From an uncultured Acidobacteriota bacterium (lineage in GTDB: Bacteria > Acidobacteriota > UBA6911), in the NCBI GenBank assembly GCA_964441405.1, contig CAYTYP010000002.1, positions 76,606-140,605 on the forward strand: a stretch of 64,000 bases of DNA, in the 5' to 3' direction. Position 1 is the stretch's first letter. Each line of letters opens with the position of its first letter. Shown in pieces: positions 1 through 9,196 of this stretch. The position numbers and the translations under genes are program-made. The notes under the pieces are model-generated. The model made no database searches, had not been told where the DNA came from, and saw nothing but the letters and a program-made list of their open reading frames with translations.

Positions 1-609
1 GCCAGGGGCAATTTCTTGACTGGAACGGATTTTGAGTCGGGATAAGTCTTCTGGGGTGTTGAGATTAGCCAGGTCCGAATCGTTAAATTGGCCTTCTTCG
101 GGGCTCACCCATTTTACCAAGAGAGAGTTGTCTAGAAAATTTTCGATGACTTTATTCGCGCTGCGTCTCAACGCCCGATCTATAGATGGAAGGCATGTCC
201 TTCGGTAAATGGCGCATAATGGATGAGCCAGGCCATCACTGGTAAGAGGTATGGCGGCGTCAAAGCCTTGAGACAGTAAGATCAGGTTTTTTAGTAGAGG
301 TTCCTTTAAATTGGGGAGATCGCAAGCAAGCACAAGATATAGGGGGCATGCCTCCTTCAGCATGGCTGAATGAAAGCCTGCCAGCGGTCCGTGTCCATTG
401 AAATGATCTGGAATTACAGGAATATCAAGGAACCTGTAAGCGGATTCGTCGTTTGATGAGATAAGGATTCGATTTGTTAAAGGGCGAATCCGGTTTACGA
501 GGACTTGTATTAATGGCTGCTCTTCGATTCTTATAAGGGCTTTGTTAAAGCCCATTCTGCGGCTTTGGCCTCCGGCAAGAATTACAGCGCATATTTCGAT
601 AGGTTCCAC
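1..609 (-). CDS. mobA: Molybdenum cofactor guanylyltransferase MobA; C-terminus runs off the window start. Probable GTG start at 609.
   Basis: The minus-strand frame reads VEPIEICAVILAGGQSRRMGFNKALI..., which contains the LAGGxSxRMG signature of MobA/MocA nucleotidyltransferases. It is absent from the ORF track because no stop codon falls inside the window. Confidence 0.55.
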   Translation of the reverse strand, partial: MEPIEICAVILAGGQSRRMGFNKALIRIEEQPLIQVLVNRIRPLTNRILISSNDESAYRFLDIPVIPDHFNGHGPLAGFHSAMLKEACPLYLVLACDLPNLKEPLLKNLILLSQGFDAAIPLTSDGLAHPLCAIYRRTCLPSIDRALRRSANKVIENFLDNSLLVKWVSPEEGQFNDSDLANLNTPEDLSRLKIRSSQEIAPG

Positions 610-640
610 ATGAGGAAGGTAGGCGAAGAGCAGGGCAAAG

Positions 641-772
641 ATCAAGCGGAATGACGAATTACGGATGAGTAATTACGAATTGAAACAGACTCTTTATTTA
701 GAAGCTCCGCCCCGATTCACTAGTATGGTTAATTTCGTCATTCGTAACTCGTCATTCGTAATTCTGTTATAC
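641..772. repeat. Copy 1 of a 132 bp structured element that is tandemly duplicated. It carries internal inverted motifs GACGAATTACG / CGTCATTCGTAA.
   Basis: Direct comparison with 856-988 shows about 95% identity. Each copy has arms of the form gaatgacgaattacg(n)cgtaattcgtcattc flanking the core gaagctccgccccgattcactagtatgg. Confidence 0.8.
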
Positions 773-855
773 TTTGTTGCTTCGAAAGCTGCCGCTGGGC
801 GATTCATAAGCTGTTAAGGTTTAAGTTTTCAGCGCTTGCGCTTTGTGAAAAGCCC

Positions 856-988
856 ATCAAGCGGAATGACGAATTACGGATGACGAATTACGAATTGAAA
901 CAGGCTCTTTATTTAGAAGCTCCGCCCCGATTCACTAGTATGGGTTAAATTCGTCATTCGTAACTCGTTATTTGTAATTCTGTTACGT
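856..988. repeat. Copy 2 of the 132 bp element. It ends 3-12 bp before the peptidase start codon, and the Shine-Dalgarno-like GAGGTG lies in its diverged tail.
   Basis: Near-identical to 641-772. The two copies are separated by an 83 bp spacer containing the hairpin agcgcttgcgct. Confidence 0.8.
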
Positions 989-1000
989 GAGGTGCGCCGG

Positions 1001-2848
1001 ATGATTAAGAAGCTGTTTTGGTTTTCGTTTGCAGCGCTCGCGCTGATGACGCCGGCCGGTTTGTCGGGATCGACAGATAGTAAATTTTTTAAACTCGAAG
1101 ATCTTCGACCGGGAATGAAAGGGATGGGCAAGACTTGTTATCAGGGTTCGAAGCCTGAAGAATTTCAGGTGGAAATTCTTGGAGTTTTGCATGGAGTAAA
1201 TCCCGGCTCCAATGCTGTTCTTGCTCGACTCAGCGGCGTCCAGATAGACAAGACAGGGGTTTTCGAGGGCATGAGTGGAAGTCCGGTCTTTATTGACGGC
1301 AAACTGTTGGGCGCTGTCGCTTTTTCTTTTACTTTTGCTAAAGAACCGATCTGTGGAATCACGCCAATTCAGGAGATGATCGACGCTGTTGATTCAAAAA
1401 TGGAGTTGTCTCCAGGACCGAAAGCAGCTCTTAAAAAGAACATGCTCTGGAACTATAGAGTCGCCCCTCAAGATCAAGCAGTGAACTTGTCGATTCCTAT
1501 TAAAACCGGAGGCAAATTCCAAAATGTAATGTCTGCTATGGGCGGTCATGCATTGACTCCTATTGCTACGCCTCTCAGCCTGAGTGGATTGAACAGCCGA
1601 ACCTTGAAATTGTTCGCCGCTCAATTCCGAGAATTAGGCATGTCCTTTCTTCAGGGCGCCGGGCGCGCAACTTTACAATCCAGCGCCCTGCCTGTCGGAA
1701 AATCGGAAAGTGCGCCACTCGAACCAGGATCAAATATTGTTGTATCTCTCGTCAGGGGAGATCTTGATATTTCCGCCGGTGGAACGGTCACCTATGTGGA
1801 TGGAAAGAAGGTCTATGCCTTCGGCCACAATATGTTTCAGTTGGGATTTACCGAACTGCCCATGCATAGGGCAAGCGCGATAATGGTTGTTCCGAGCGTA
1901 GAGAATTCCTTCAAAATTTTGGAAACAGGCGATTGGGCCGGAACCATCCGCCAGGATAGAGGATCCGGCATTTATGGAATTCTTGAAGAAAAACCTAAGA
2001 TGGTTCCGCTGAAGATTCATCTTTCCAGCAGCCGAGGCGGCCATAAAGAATATAAATATGAATTGGCGCGGGACTCATTTCTTACGCCGCTGCTGGTCAA
2101 TCTGGCAATCTATAATACGATTATTTCTTCTGAACGGGCTCAGGGGCCGGTCACTCTTACCGTTACGGGCGCGATCGACATCCGGAATGAACAGCCGGTA
2201 AAAATCGACAGTCGTTTTTCTTCGGACGCAGATGCGCCCAATTCCGCTTCTCTTTCTGTCGCAGTCCCTGTCAATTATCTGATGTCTTCAGGATATAAGA
2301 ATTTTGATTTAGAAAAGATCGAACTCGATATTTCCGCCGAGGAGAGCGATCAATCGGCCCTTTTAGATTCCATTCGTTTGAGTCGCGCCGAGGTTAGAGC
2401 CGGTGAGACCGTAGAACTCGAAATCTCCTATAAGAAAGCGAATGGCGAAGTGTTGCAGGACGCGTATCCGGTTAAAATCCCGGAGAATATTACTCCGGGG
2501 CCTCTGAACCTGCTGGTGGCGGATGGGACCGCGTTGATGTCTTTGGATGAAGAGGATGAGGGAGATATTCTTGTTCCACGAGATTTGACGCAACTCATTC
2601 GATTCATAAATAACGTGCGTAAAAACGATCATCTTTACATAAGGCTTTTCCGAAATGAGTCGGGAGTTGCCATCAAGGGAGAAGGGCTTCCCGGATTGCC
2701 CCCATCGATGCTGTCCATCTTGCGATCGGAACGGAAGACGGGTTCGCTGATTCCGATTCATACGTCGACCTTTGTGGAATATGAGCTGCCGTTCACTGAT
2801 TGTGTGGTCGCAGGAGCTAAGATTCTGAAAGTGACGGTCAAGTCCTAG
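1001..2848 (+). CDS. Secreted peptidase S55 (SpoIVB-like serine peptidase). The ORF track starts at GTG 992, but ATG 1001 with the upstream GAGGTG is more likely.
   Basis: There is an N-terminal signal peptide. The GMSGSPVF motif matches the SpoIVB/S55 catalytic serine context. Confidence 0.5.
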   Translation: MIKKLFWFSFAALALMTPAGLSGSTDSKFFKLEDLRPGMKGMGKTCYQGSKPEEFQVEILGVLHGVNPGSNAVLARLSGVQIDKTGVFEGMSGSPVFIDGKLLGAVAFSFTFAKEPICGITPIQEMIDAVDSKMELSPGPKAALKKNMLWNYRVAPQDQAVNLSIPIKTGGKFQNVMSAMGGHALTPIATPLSLSGLNSRTLKLFAAQFRELGMSFLQGAGRATLQSSALPVGKSESAPLEPGSNIVVSLVRGDLDISAGGTVTYVDGKKVYAFGHNMFQLGFTELPMHRASAIMVVPSVENSFKILETGDWAGTIRQDRGSGIYGILEEKPKMVPLKIHLSSSRGGHKEYKYELARDSFLTPLLVNLAIYNTIISSERAQGPVTLTVTGAIDIRNEQPVKIDSRFSSDADAPNSASLSVAVPVNYLMSSGYKNFDLEKIELDISAEESDQSALLDSIRLSRAEVRAGETVELEISYKKANGEVLQDAYPVKIPENITPGPLNLLVADGTALMSLDEEDEGDILVPRDLTQLIRFINNVRKNDHLYIRLFRNESGVAIKGEGLPGLPPSMLSILRSERKTGSLIPIHTSTFVEYELPFTDCVVAGAKILKVTVKS

Positions 2849-2886
2849 GGGCCTGTTTTATAAATCTCGAATCTAATGGAGCCATC

Positions 2887-5121
2887 ATGCGATACAAGGG
2901 ACTCGCATTGCTGTTCTTTTTGGGTTTCATGCCGGTTTTTGCCTCGGCTGTTACTCCACAATTCTGGGAAAATTTCACCCAAGAGGATTTGCTTCAAGGC
3001 AGCCTCGATCGAGTCTCCCTATCGCCCGAGGGCAAACTGTTTCTGGCGCCCGCCTATGAGGAGCTTTTCGACACAGGCCAATCTTATATTTTTTCTATGG
3101 TTAGGGACAAAGCCGGCAATTTGTACGTCGGCACCGGAGAAGAAGGAAAAGTATTCAGGATTGATCCAAAAGGGAAAGGAACTCTGTATTTTCAATCCAA
3201 GGAACTGAATGTCTTTTCAATGGCGCTGGATTCTTCCGATACGCTTTATGTCGGGACTTCGCCGGATGGGAAAGTTTATAAAGTTACGGGTCCCAATCAG
3301 GCGAGTGAATTTTGCGATCCGGAAGAGAAATACATTTGGTCGATGGTATTTGATTCCTCGGACAATCTTTACATCGGAACCGGCGGGTCCGGCATTATTT
3401 TCAAGGTTGATAAAACAGGCAAAAAATCAACTTTCTATACTTGCGCCGATAATCATGCGGTAACCCTGTTGCGGGGAAATGGCAAAAATCTTCTGGCAGG
3501 GACTTCGCCGAACGGATTGGTTGTTGAAATCACTCCCGATGGCAAGGGTTTTACATTAATGGACGCTCCCCTGGAAGAGGTGCATGCTCTTGCTGTCGAT
3601 AGCAATGGAACCCTCTATGCAATCGCTTCCTCTTCTTCGCGAGAGTCTTCAAAAGCGACTCAGAGCAAAGCCAGACCAGCGGCGGTATCGACTGGCGTCA
3701 ATCCTATAACAACTATTACGGTTGAATCCATTGCCGGCCTGGAGGGAAAAACTGAGGAGCCTAAGGGAAAATCATTGTCGCCGGCAGATGAAACGGTGAG
3801 TTTTAAGTCCGCCGTGTATGCAATCGCCAGGAATGGCGGCGCGGAAATGCTTTTCTTTTCCAATTATCAGATGGCGTTTGACGCAAGCTTGCAGGCCGAT
3901 GGATCGATTTTGCTCGCAACGGGTCCCAAGGGCCGGCTGCTGTCTGTTGATTCCTCCAGGCAGGTAACTGTGATTACCGATTCTCCTGAAGAAGATATGA
4001 CGCGTTTGCTGACAGCGGGAGATACAACCTATGTCGCCGGCAGCAACCAGGGGAAAGTATACCGATTGCAGAACCAGAAGGCTCAATCCGGGACATTCCT
4101 TTCGAATACGTTGGACGCCAGAACGGTCGCCTCCTGGGGAAAGATTTCATGGCATATGGCGAACGCTGCCGGGACAAGCGTAGAGATTTCCACCAGGACC
4201 GGCAATACCGGGAAAGCGGATGGTTCCTGGAGCGATTGGAGCAGCCCTTACAGTGCGCCTGGACAACAGATTGCCAGCCCTCGCGCCAGATATCTGCAAT
4301 GGCGAGCGTCTTTCAAAAGAAATTCAAGCTCTGCGCAAGCATCTCCGGCGGATGCACTGGGGCGGATGCAAATTGCTTATTTGCAGCAGAACCTCCGGCC
4401 ACAAATCGCAAATATTGAGACGCTGCCGTATGGCGTCGAACTTCAGAAGCAATCGTCTGTCGCGTTGGGCTTGCCATTTAATTTGCCGTCGACCACCTCG
4501 GATGGACGATCACTGAATGCGCCCAGAGAACGAGGGAAAGAAAGGCAGCCATTGGCTCCACGTCAGGCTCTTCAGCCCGGCGCGCAATCTTTCACATGGA
4601 AAGCCGTCGATGAGAATGAAGATTCACTGGAATATTATCTCTATTTTAAAGGGGAAGATGAATCCGATTGGAAGTTGTTGGAGAAAAAGCTTGAAGACGC
4701 ATTTTACACGCTCAATACCGCTTCTCTTCCGGATGGATCGTATCGATTGAAAGTGGCGGTGAATGATTCACCTTCCAATCCATACGATAAATTTCTTACA
4801 GGTGAGTTGACATCTGAACCTTTTGTTATTGCCAATGCATCTCCTCAGATTGAAATAACAAATAGTAAAGTGACCGGAAAAAAAATCGAAGTGCAGTTCC
4901 GCGCCCTTACGCCGGTTGGAAGTATCGCGATGGCGGAATTTTCCATTGATGGGGACGAGTGGAATTTAATTTTCCCTTCGGATGGAATAGCGGACTCCGG
5001 ACAGGAGGAATATCGATTTGTGACATGGGAGTTGCCTATAGGAGAACACCTTGTCGGAATCCGAACAAGTGATAGAGATGGCAATACCGGCACATCAAAG
5101 CTGGTTGTAAAAATTTTATGA
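2887..5121 (+). CDS. Secreted repeat protein with beta-propeller-like repeats and a C-terminal Ig/FN3-like region.
   Basis: Signal peptide present. Repeated ...LYVGT(G/S)... blades (NLYVGTGEEGKVF, TLYVGTSPDGKVY, NLYIGTGGSG). No catalytic motif recognised. Confidence 0.45.
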   Translation: MRYKGLALLFFLGFMPVFASAVTPQFWENFTQEDLLQGSLDRVSLSPEGKLFLAPAYEELFDTGQSYIFSMVRDKAGNLYVGTGEEGKVFRIDPKGKGTLYFQSKELNVFSMALDSSDTLYVGTSPDGKVYKVTGPNQASEFCDPEEKYIWSMVFDSSDNLYIGTGGSGIIFKVDKTGKKSTFYTCADNHAVTLLRGNGKNLLAGTSPNGLVVEITPDGKGFTLMDAPLEEVHALAVDSNGTLYAIASSSSRESSKATQSKARPAAVSTGVNPITTITVESIAGLEGKTEEPKGKSLSPADETVSFKSAVYAIARNGGAEMLFFSNYQMAFDASLQADGSILLATGPKGRLLSVDSSRQVTVITDSPEEDMTRLLTAGDTTYVAGSNQGKVYRLQNQKAQSGTFLSNTLDARTVASWGKISWHMANAAGTSVEISTRTGNTGKADGSWSDWSSPYSAPGQQIASPRARYLQWRASFKRNSSSAQASPADALGRMQIAYLQQNLRPQIANIETLPYGVELQKQSSVALGLPFNLPSTTSDGRSLNAPRERGKERQPLAPRQALQPGAQSFTWKAVDENEDSLEYYLYFKGEDESDWKLLEKKLEDAFYTLNTASLPDGSYRLKVAVNDSPSNPYDKFLTGELTSEPFVIANASPQIEITNSKVTGKKIEVQFRALTPVGSIAMAEFSIDGDEWNLIFPSDGIADSGQEEYRFVTWELPIGEHLVGIRTSDRDGNTGTSKLVVKIL

Positions 5122-5210
5122 CATTTACTGTTTAGGCGATTGTTATGGTATCGTCGAAAGGTTTTACCAGGACAGGCTGGTTTTTTGTAAATTATTTGTT
5201 GAGAATCGAT

Positions 5211-6746
5211 ATGAAAATTAATTGCTTTAAATTGCTGATTTTAGTTGGTTTGTTTTCTGTTTCGGCTTTCTTTTCCGCTCCGCCGGGGTTTGCGGAAAAT
5301 GGCGCGATCAAAGTGATATGCCTCGACTCGGCTTCGAATCCAATCGAGACTGCCATCATCACTGTCAGTCCTCTGGGCGGTGCGAAAGATAAAATTAGAA
5401 AAACGGACAAAAAAGGAGAGGCGGAATTTTCAGGCTTGGATGATGGCGCTTATCGCGTCTTTGCGCGCCAGGATGGTTTTGAGCCGGCGTTGTTTGAGTT
5501 TGTTATCCTTAAGGGATCCAAACCCAAGGAGACCGTCACTCTTAAACTCACGGCCGGTTCTGATAAAGAACTGTATTTTGAGGATCCCGATCTGGTCAAA
5601 AAGACGACGGATTTAATGAACCAGGCTAAAAGCTTCATTAAGGAAAACAAGTTAGATGAAGCGGAAAAACTGTTGAAACAAACAGTCGAAATGGATCGCT
5701 CCAATCCGGATGCCTTGCGCATTCTCGGAGGGGCGTTCTTGCAACAATCGAAATTCGAAGAAGCAACGGCGGCGCTGAATAAAGCGGTTGATATTTTAAC
5801 CATGATAACCGCGGCGCCGCAGCAGACACAGGCGCAGCAGATTTTAGATTCCGTCCAACTAACCCTGAAGCAGATCCCTGGTTTTAAAGGGGAAAGCGCA
5901 CTCAGGGAAAAGAATTTCGACCAGGCGATAATCGAATTCACCCAAATGTTGAAAGATGATCCCAACAATCCCCGGTGGCATTCCGACATGGCAATTGCAC
6001 TTGCCAGCACCGAAAAAATTGATGAAGCATTGGCTTCTATCGATAAAGCGATCCAGCTGAAGCCGGGTGAAAAAAAGTATGAAGAACTGAAAAACCAGCT
6101 GTCTTCCCAGAGATCGGCTATTAAAGAACAGGCTGAATACCAAAAAATGAAGGCGTTGCAGGATGAAGGAAACAAGTTGCTGGAAGCCGGCGACGCCGCC
6201 GGTGCGCTCAAGAAGTATGAAGAATTGAGAGACTTGTTGCCTCAGGACAAACAAGCTTCTGTATGGAGGCAAATTGGCAGAGTCCAGGTGAAGCTTAATC
6301 AGTCGGATGCGGCCGTCCAGTCTTTTAAAAAATCGATTGAACTGGCCAAGGATGAGAAGACGGCGCAGGAACATCGCAAAACTCTGGCCCAGTTTTATCT
6401 GGATCAGAAAAAATATGAGGACGCCGTCAATGCTCTTACGGATTCTAAAAGCGCACAAACTCAGGACAACGAACAAACCCTATGGTCTATTTTTAAAGAT
6501 TCAAAAGATTCAACGTCACAGCTTGCGGAAGTCGCATTGGAGAGAATATTAAAAATAAATCCGCAGAACGCCGACGCTTGTTTTGAACTCGGCCAGTTGT
6601 ACTATTCTGACGGGAAAGAAAAAGACAGCAGAACCAAAGAATTGCTTGCTAAATATATCGAGATAGGGAAAGATCAAGAAAAAGTTCAAAGAGCAAAAGA
6701 TTTCATGGTCGTCATAAGTAGGCGCAACGGCGCTAAGAGTAAATAA
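5211..6746 (+). CDS. Secreted protein with a carboxypeptidase-regulatory-like N-terminal domain followed by TPR repeats.
   Basis: The signal peptide MKINCFKLLILVGLFSVSAFF begins at an internal ATG of the track ORF 5145-6746. TPR-like helices follow (e.g. LDEAEKLLKQTVEMDRSNPDALRILGGAFL). Confidence 0.55.
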   Translation: MKINCFKLLILVGLFSVSAFFSAPPGFAENGAIKVICLDSASNPIETAIITVSPLGGAKDKIRKTDKKGEAEFSGLDDGAYRVFARQDGFEPALFEFVILKGSKPKETVTLKLTAGSDKELYFEDPDLVKKTTDLMNQAKSFIKENKLDEAEKLLKQTVEMDRSNPDALRILGGAFLQQSKFEEATAALNKAVDILTMITAAPQQTQAQQILDSVQLTLKQIPGFKGESALREKNFDQAIIEFTQMLKDDPNNPRWHSDMAIALASTEKIDEALASIDKAIQLKPGEKKYEELKNQLSSQRSAIKEQAEYQKMKALQDEGNKLLEAGDAAGALKKYEELRDLLPQDKQASVWRQIGRVQVKLNQSDAAVQSFKKSIELAKDEKTAQEHRKTLAQFYLDQKKYEDAVNALTDSKSAQTQDNEQTLWSIFKDSKDSTSQLAEVALERILKINPQNADACFELGQLYYSDGKEKDSRTKELLAKYIEIGKDQEKVQRAKDFMVVISRRNGAKSK

Positions 6747-6807
6747 ATTTTACCCCGCATATCTCAAGCGATGAAGATATGCGGTTAAAATTGAAAGCCG
6801 TTCTACT

Positions 6808-7020
6808 ATGAATATGGAATGGATCTCGGAAAAAGGCTCTAGTCTGATATGTTTTGCGATCACGCTGGGGTTTATAGGCTTGTCATTTATTCACAGCGAG
6901 TATCGCTATTTCCATCTTGTTGTCGCTCTAATTGCCTTGGTATACGGTTTAAAACAATTCAAAAGGCGTGACACGCCTTTTGAAAAACACGAGCGGGAAC
7001 TTCGAAGAAAAAGTCTCTGA
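6808..7020 (+). CDS. Small hypothetical membrane protein of 70 aa with two predicted TM helices.
   Basis: ORF with two hydrophobic stretches. It lies convergent with the NYN gene. No homology recognised. Confidence 0.25.
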   Translation: MNMEWISEKGSSLICFAITLGFIGLSFIHSEYRYFHLVVALIALVYGLKQFKRRDTPFEKHERELRRKSL

Positions 7021-7127
7021 GTAATGGTTCCGGATCCTGAAGCGCATCCCCTAACTTAAAGGCCGACTTCGGAATCCAGGTTGCCTCGAGACAGTTTCGG
7101 AAATTTTCTCATCGTTAAAATTATGGC

Positions 7128-8561
7128 TTACTCCTTGGTGGATTTTGTCTTACGCCTTGGGCTTTTACCGGTTTTTGAGCTCGCCGCAGAAGTGATTTTT
7201 TTTCTTCGCCCGGGCGCCTTTGAAGGCGGCGTTTCGGAAAGAGGGATTTGCTCTTGCGGTTGAGCGTCAACGACCGGTTCATTAGCCTGCAGAGTTCCCA
7301 TAATCGGTTCGGGAACAGATTCCGGAGGTAGAGAAAACTCCGGCGAGGAAATTTCCGGTTCAGTCGATGGGGTCTCAGCTAGCGGTTCAGCTGTCTCCAG
7401 AACAACAGTTTCCTGTGTCCCTTGTGGTTGAGCCGCCTGAGGGAATCGATCAGCCGGAAAAATTCTCAGTACGCCCTGCCTGTTCCGTTCTACTCGAAGC
7501 AATCCTTCTTTTTGAGCCTGACGAACCAATTCGTAAATACTCGAGCATCCATATTGACGCTCGTCAAATGAAGGTTGTAAAGATCTCAAAAATTGTTTAA
7601 AGGAACGCAGATACATGGGCCAGTGCGGTCTGGATTTAGATTCGCGAAGGAGTTCTTCCAGGGATCGAATGGGCTCGCCCGATTGTATTGCGATTGCCGG
7701 CGGAGTTTCGATGGCGGCGGCAGGTGGTTCATTGGAAGGAGCTTCTGGGGCAACGGCAGAAGGTTGGATTATTTCCTTTTCGGAATCCTCGTAAGTTTCC
7801 CTCAGCTCGACGAGCAAGCTGCGATCCACCTGTTTGAGTTTCACAAATCCGGCGTCCGCCAATTTCTGAATAAAATCTCGAAAACTGCTAACCCCGAAAT
7901 CTCTTTCAGAAAAGGTCGAATCGAGTTGAAGGAGAGTGCTCTTCAATAGCCCCAGCTGTGGTGAAACTTCACGGTCGGAAAGAATTTTCAAGGCTCGTCG
8001 AATAAGCGGCAAAGCATTTTCCAGTGTTGAAGAAGTGGTCATAACCTGGGATTTTCCGTGATATTTTTTAATTCCGGATTGAATTCCGACCAGGTTTTCG
8101 TATGAGATAAATTCGTGGCAATTCTTCTGTAAAATAACGCTGGTAAACGCCCTTCCTCCTACAACGAAAACGATTTTATCGTACTGTTTCAGCTTTTCAA
8201 CCAATGCAATAAAATCACTGTCGCCCCCGACTATGACGAATGCGTTAATATGATTGCGCGTAAAAGCCATCTCCAGGGCGTCCAGGGCCAACGCAATATC
8301 CGCCCCGTTTTTATCTCCGCCGGGAGTCAGATTCCTCTGCACCATTTGAACCGCATGCTGAGTCATGCCCCTGCTATAATCTTCGGCGCGCTTCCAATCA
8401 CCATAGGCTACTTTGGTGACTACCTCCCCTTTTTCCTTGATAGCCTCCAGAACGGTTCCTATGTCAAAGTTCCGATTCAAGGATTGTTTGACGCCGATCG
8501 ATATATTGTCGAAATCTATAAACACTGCAATTTTTAGACGTTCTTCACTCGAATTATTCAT
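7128..8561 (-). CDS. NYN (LabA-like, PIN-fold) domain protein with OST-HTH/LOTUS domains, a long Pro/Glu-rich linker and a Lys-rich tail.
   Basis: The N-terminus IAVFIDFDNISIG...ADIALALDALEMA...FVIVGGDSDF is the NYN signature. The C-terminus is low complexity (PEAPSNEPPAAAIETPP...KKITSAASSKTGKSPRRKTKSTKE). Confidence 0.6.
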   Translation of the reverse strand: MNNSSEERLKIAVFIDFDNISIGVKQSLNRNFDIGTVLEAIKEKGEVVTKVAYGDWKRAEDYSRGMTQHAVQMVQRNLTPGGDKNGADIALALDALEMAFTRNHINAFVIVGGDSDFIALVEKLKQYDKIVFVVGGRAFTSVILQKNCHEFISYENLVGIQSGIKKYHGKSQVMTTSSTLENALPLIRRALKILSDREVSPQLGLLKSTLLQLDSTFSERDFGVSSFRDFIQKLADAGFVKLKQVDRSLLVELRETYEDSEKEIIQPSAVAPEAPSNEPPAAAIETPPAIAIQSGEPIRSLEELLRESKSRPHWPMYLRSFKQFLRSLQPSFDERQYGCSSIYELVRQAQKEGLLRVERNRQGVLRIFPADRFPQAAQPQGTQETVVLETAEPLAETPSTEPEISSPEFSLPPESVPEPIMGTLQANEPVVDAQPQEQIPLSETPPSKAPGRRKKITSAASSKTGKSPRRKTKSTKE

Positions 8562-8666
8562 AAGTTTTCCTATTCTATTAGATTACAACATTCTGGAACA
8601 GAATTCGACTATCCTTTACAAGGTTGCGTTGCCATGGTAGTTTGGCCAAATCTCAAGAGGAGATTC

Positions 8667-9134
8667 ATGGACCTGAAATTGGCGGAACAATGGATGAGAG
8701 AGGCTCTTATAGAAGCCCGTAAAGCCGAGGCGGAAGGAGAAATCCCGGTTGGAGCAGTTTTGTTATTAAATAACAAGGTTATCGGGCGCAGCCATAACAG
8801 TTCGATCCAAAATCACGATCCTTCCGCTCATGCTGAAATCGTTGTTTTACGACAAGCTGGGCGCGCGAGCCAAAATTACAGGCTGCCTGGATCCGTCATG
8901 ATTGTAACGATCGAGCCGTGCATTATGTGTATGGGGGCCATGATTCATGCCAGAGTAGAGGAAGTGATCTATGGAGCCCCTGATTTAAAAGCCGGTGCAG
9001 CCGCAACCTGCTTTCAACTGGCAGATGAGCCTCAATTGAACCATAAAATACGTGTGACCGCAGGGGTGCTGGAACCGGAATGCAGTGCAATCTTAAAAGA
9101 CTTTTTCAGCGCTCGACGCCGGGACGCCGGATAA
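8667..9134 (+). CDS. tadA: tRNA adenosine(34) deaminase TadA.
   Basis: The HAE zinc-binding motif (SAHAEIVVL) and PCIMCMGA (PCxxC) are present. The start is taken at the internal Met MDLKLAEQWMREAL. Confidence 0.85.
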   Translation: MDLKLAEQWMREALIEARKAEAEGEIPVGAVLLLNNKVIGRSHNSSIQNHDPSAHAEIVVLRQAGRASQNYRLPGSVMIVTIEPCIMCMGAMIHARVEEVIYGAPDLKAGAAATCFQLADEPQLNHKIRVTAGVLEPECSAILKDFFSARRRDAG

Positions 9135-9196
9135 ATAATTTCTGAGGATAGTTCTATCACCAGAGAACATTTTATTCGGCGATAGGGCAGCCTCTC

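Noticed and set aside
641-988. A molybdenum-cofactor (Moco) riboswitch, considered because the duplicated element sits next to mobA.
   Set aside because: I cannot match the element to the Moco RNA consensus from memory. Its arms are built of repeated short units more like protein-binding sites or MITE arms. It would also have to be read on the minus strand to sit in a mobA leader. It is kept as a finding, but not called a riboswitch.
5450-6211. Large antisense ORFs inside annotated genes (e.g. 5450-6211-, 22748-23182-, 32524-33423-, 47987-48604-, 10185-10628-).
   Set aside because: They fully overlap stronger, homology-supported genes on the other strand. Their low-complexity Ser/Ala/Arg-rich translations are typical of out-of-frame reading.
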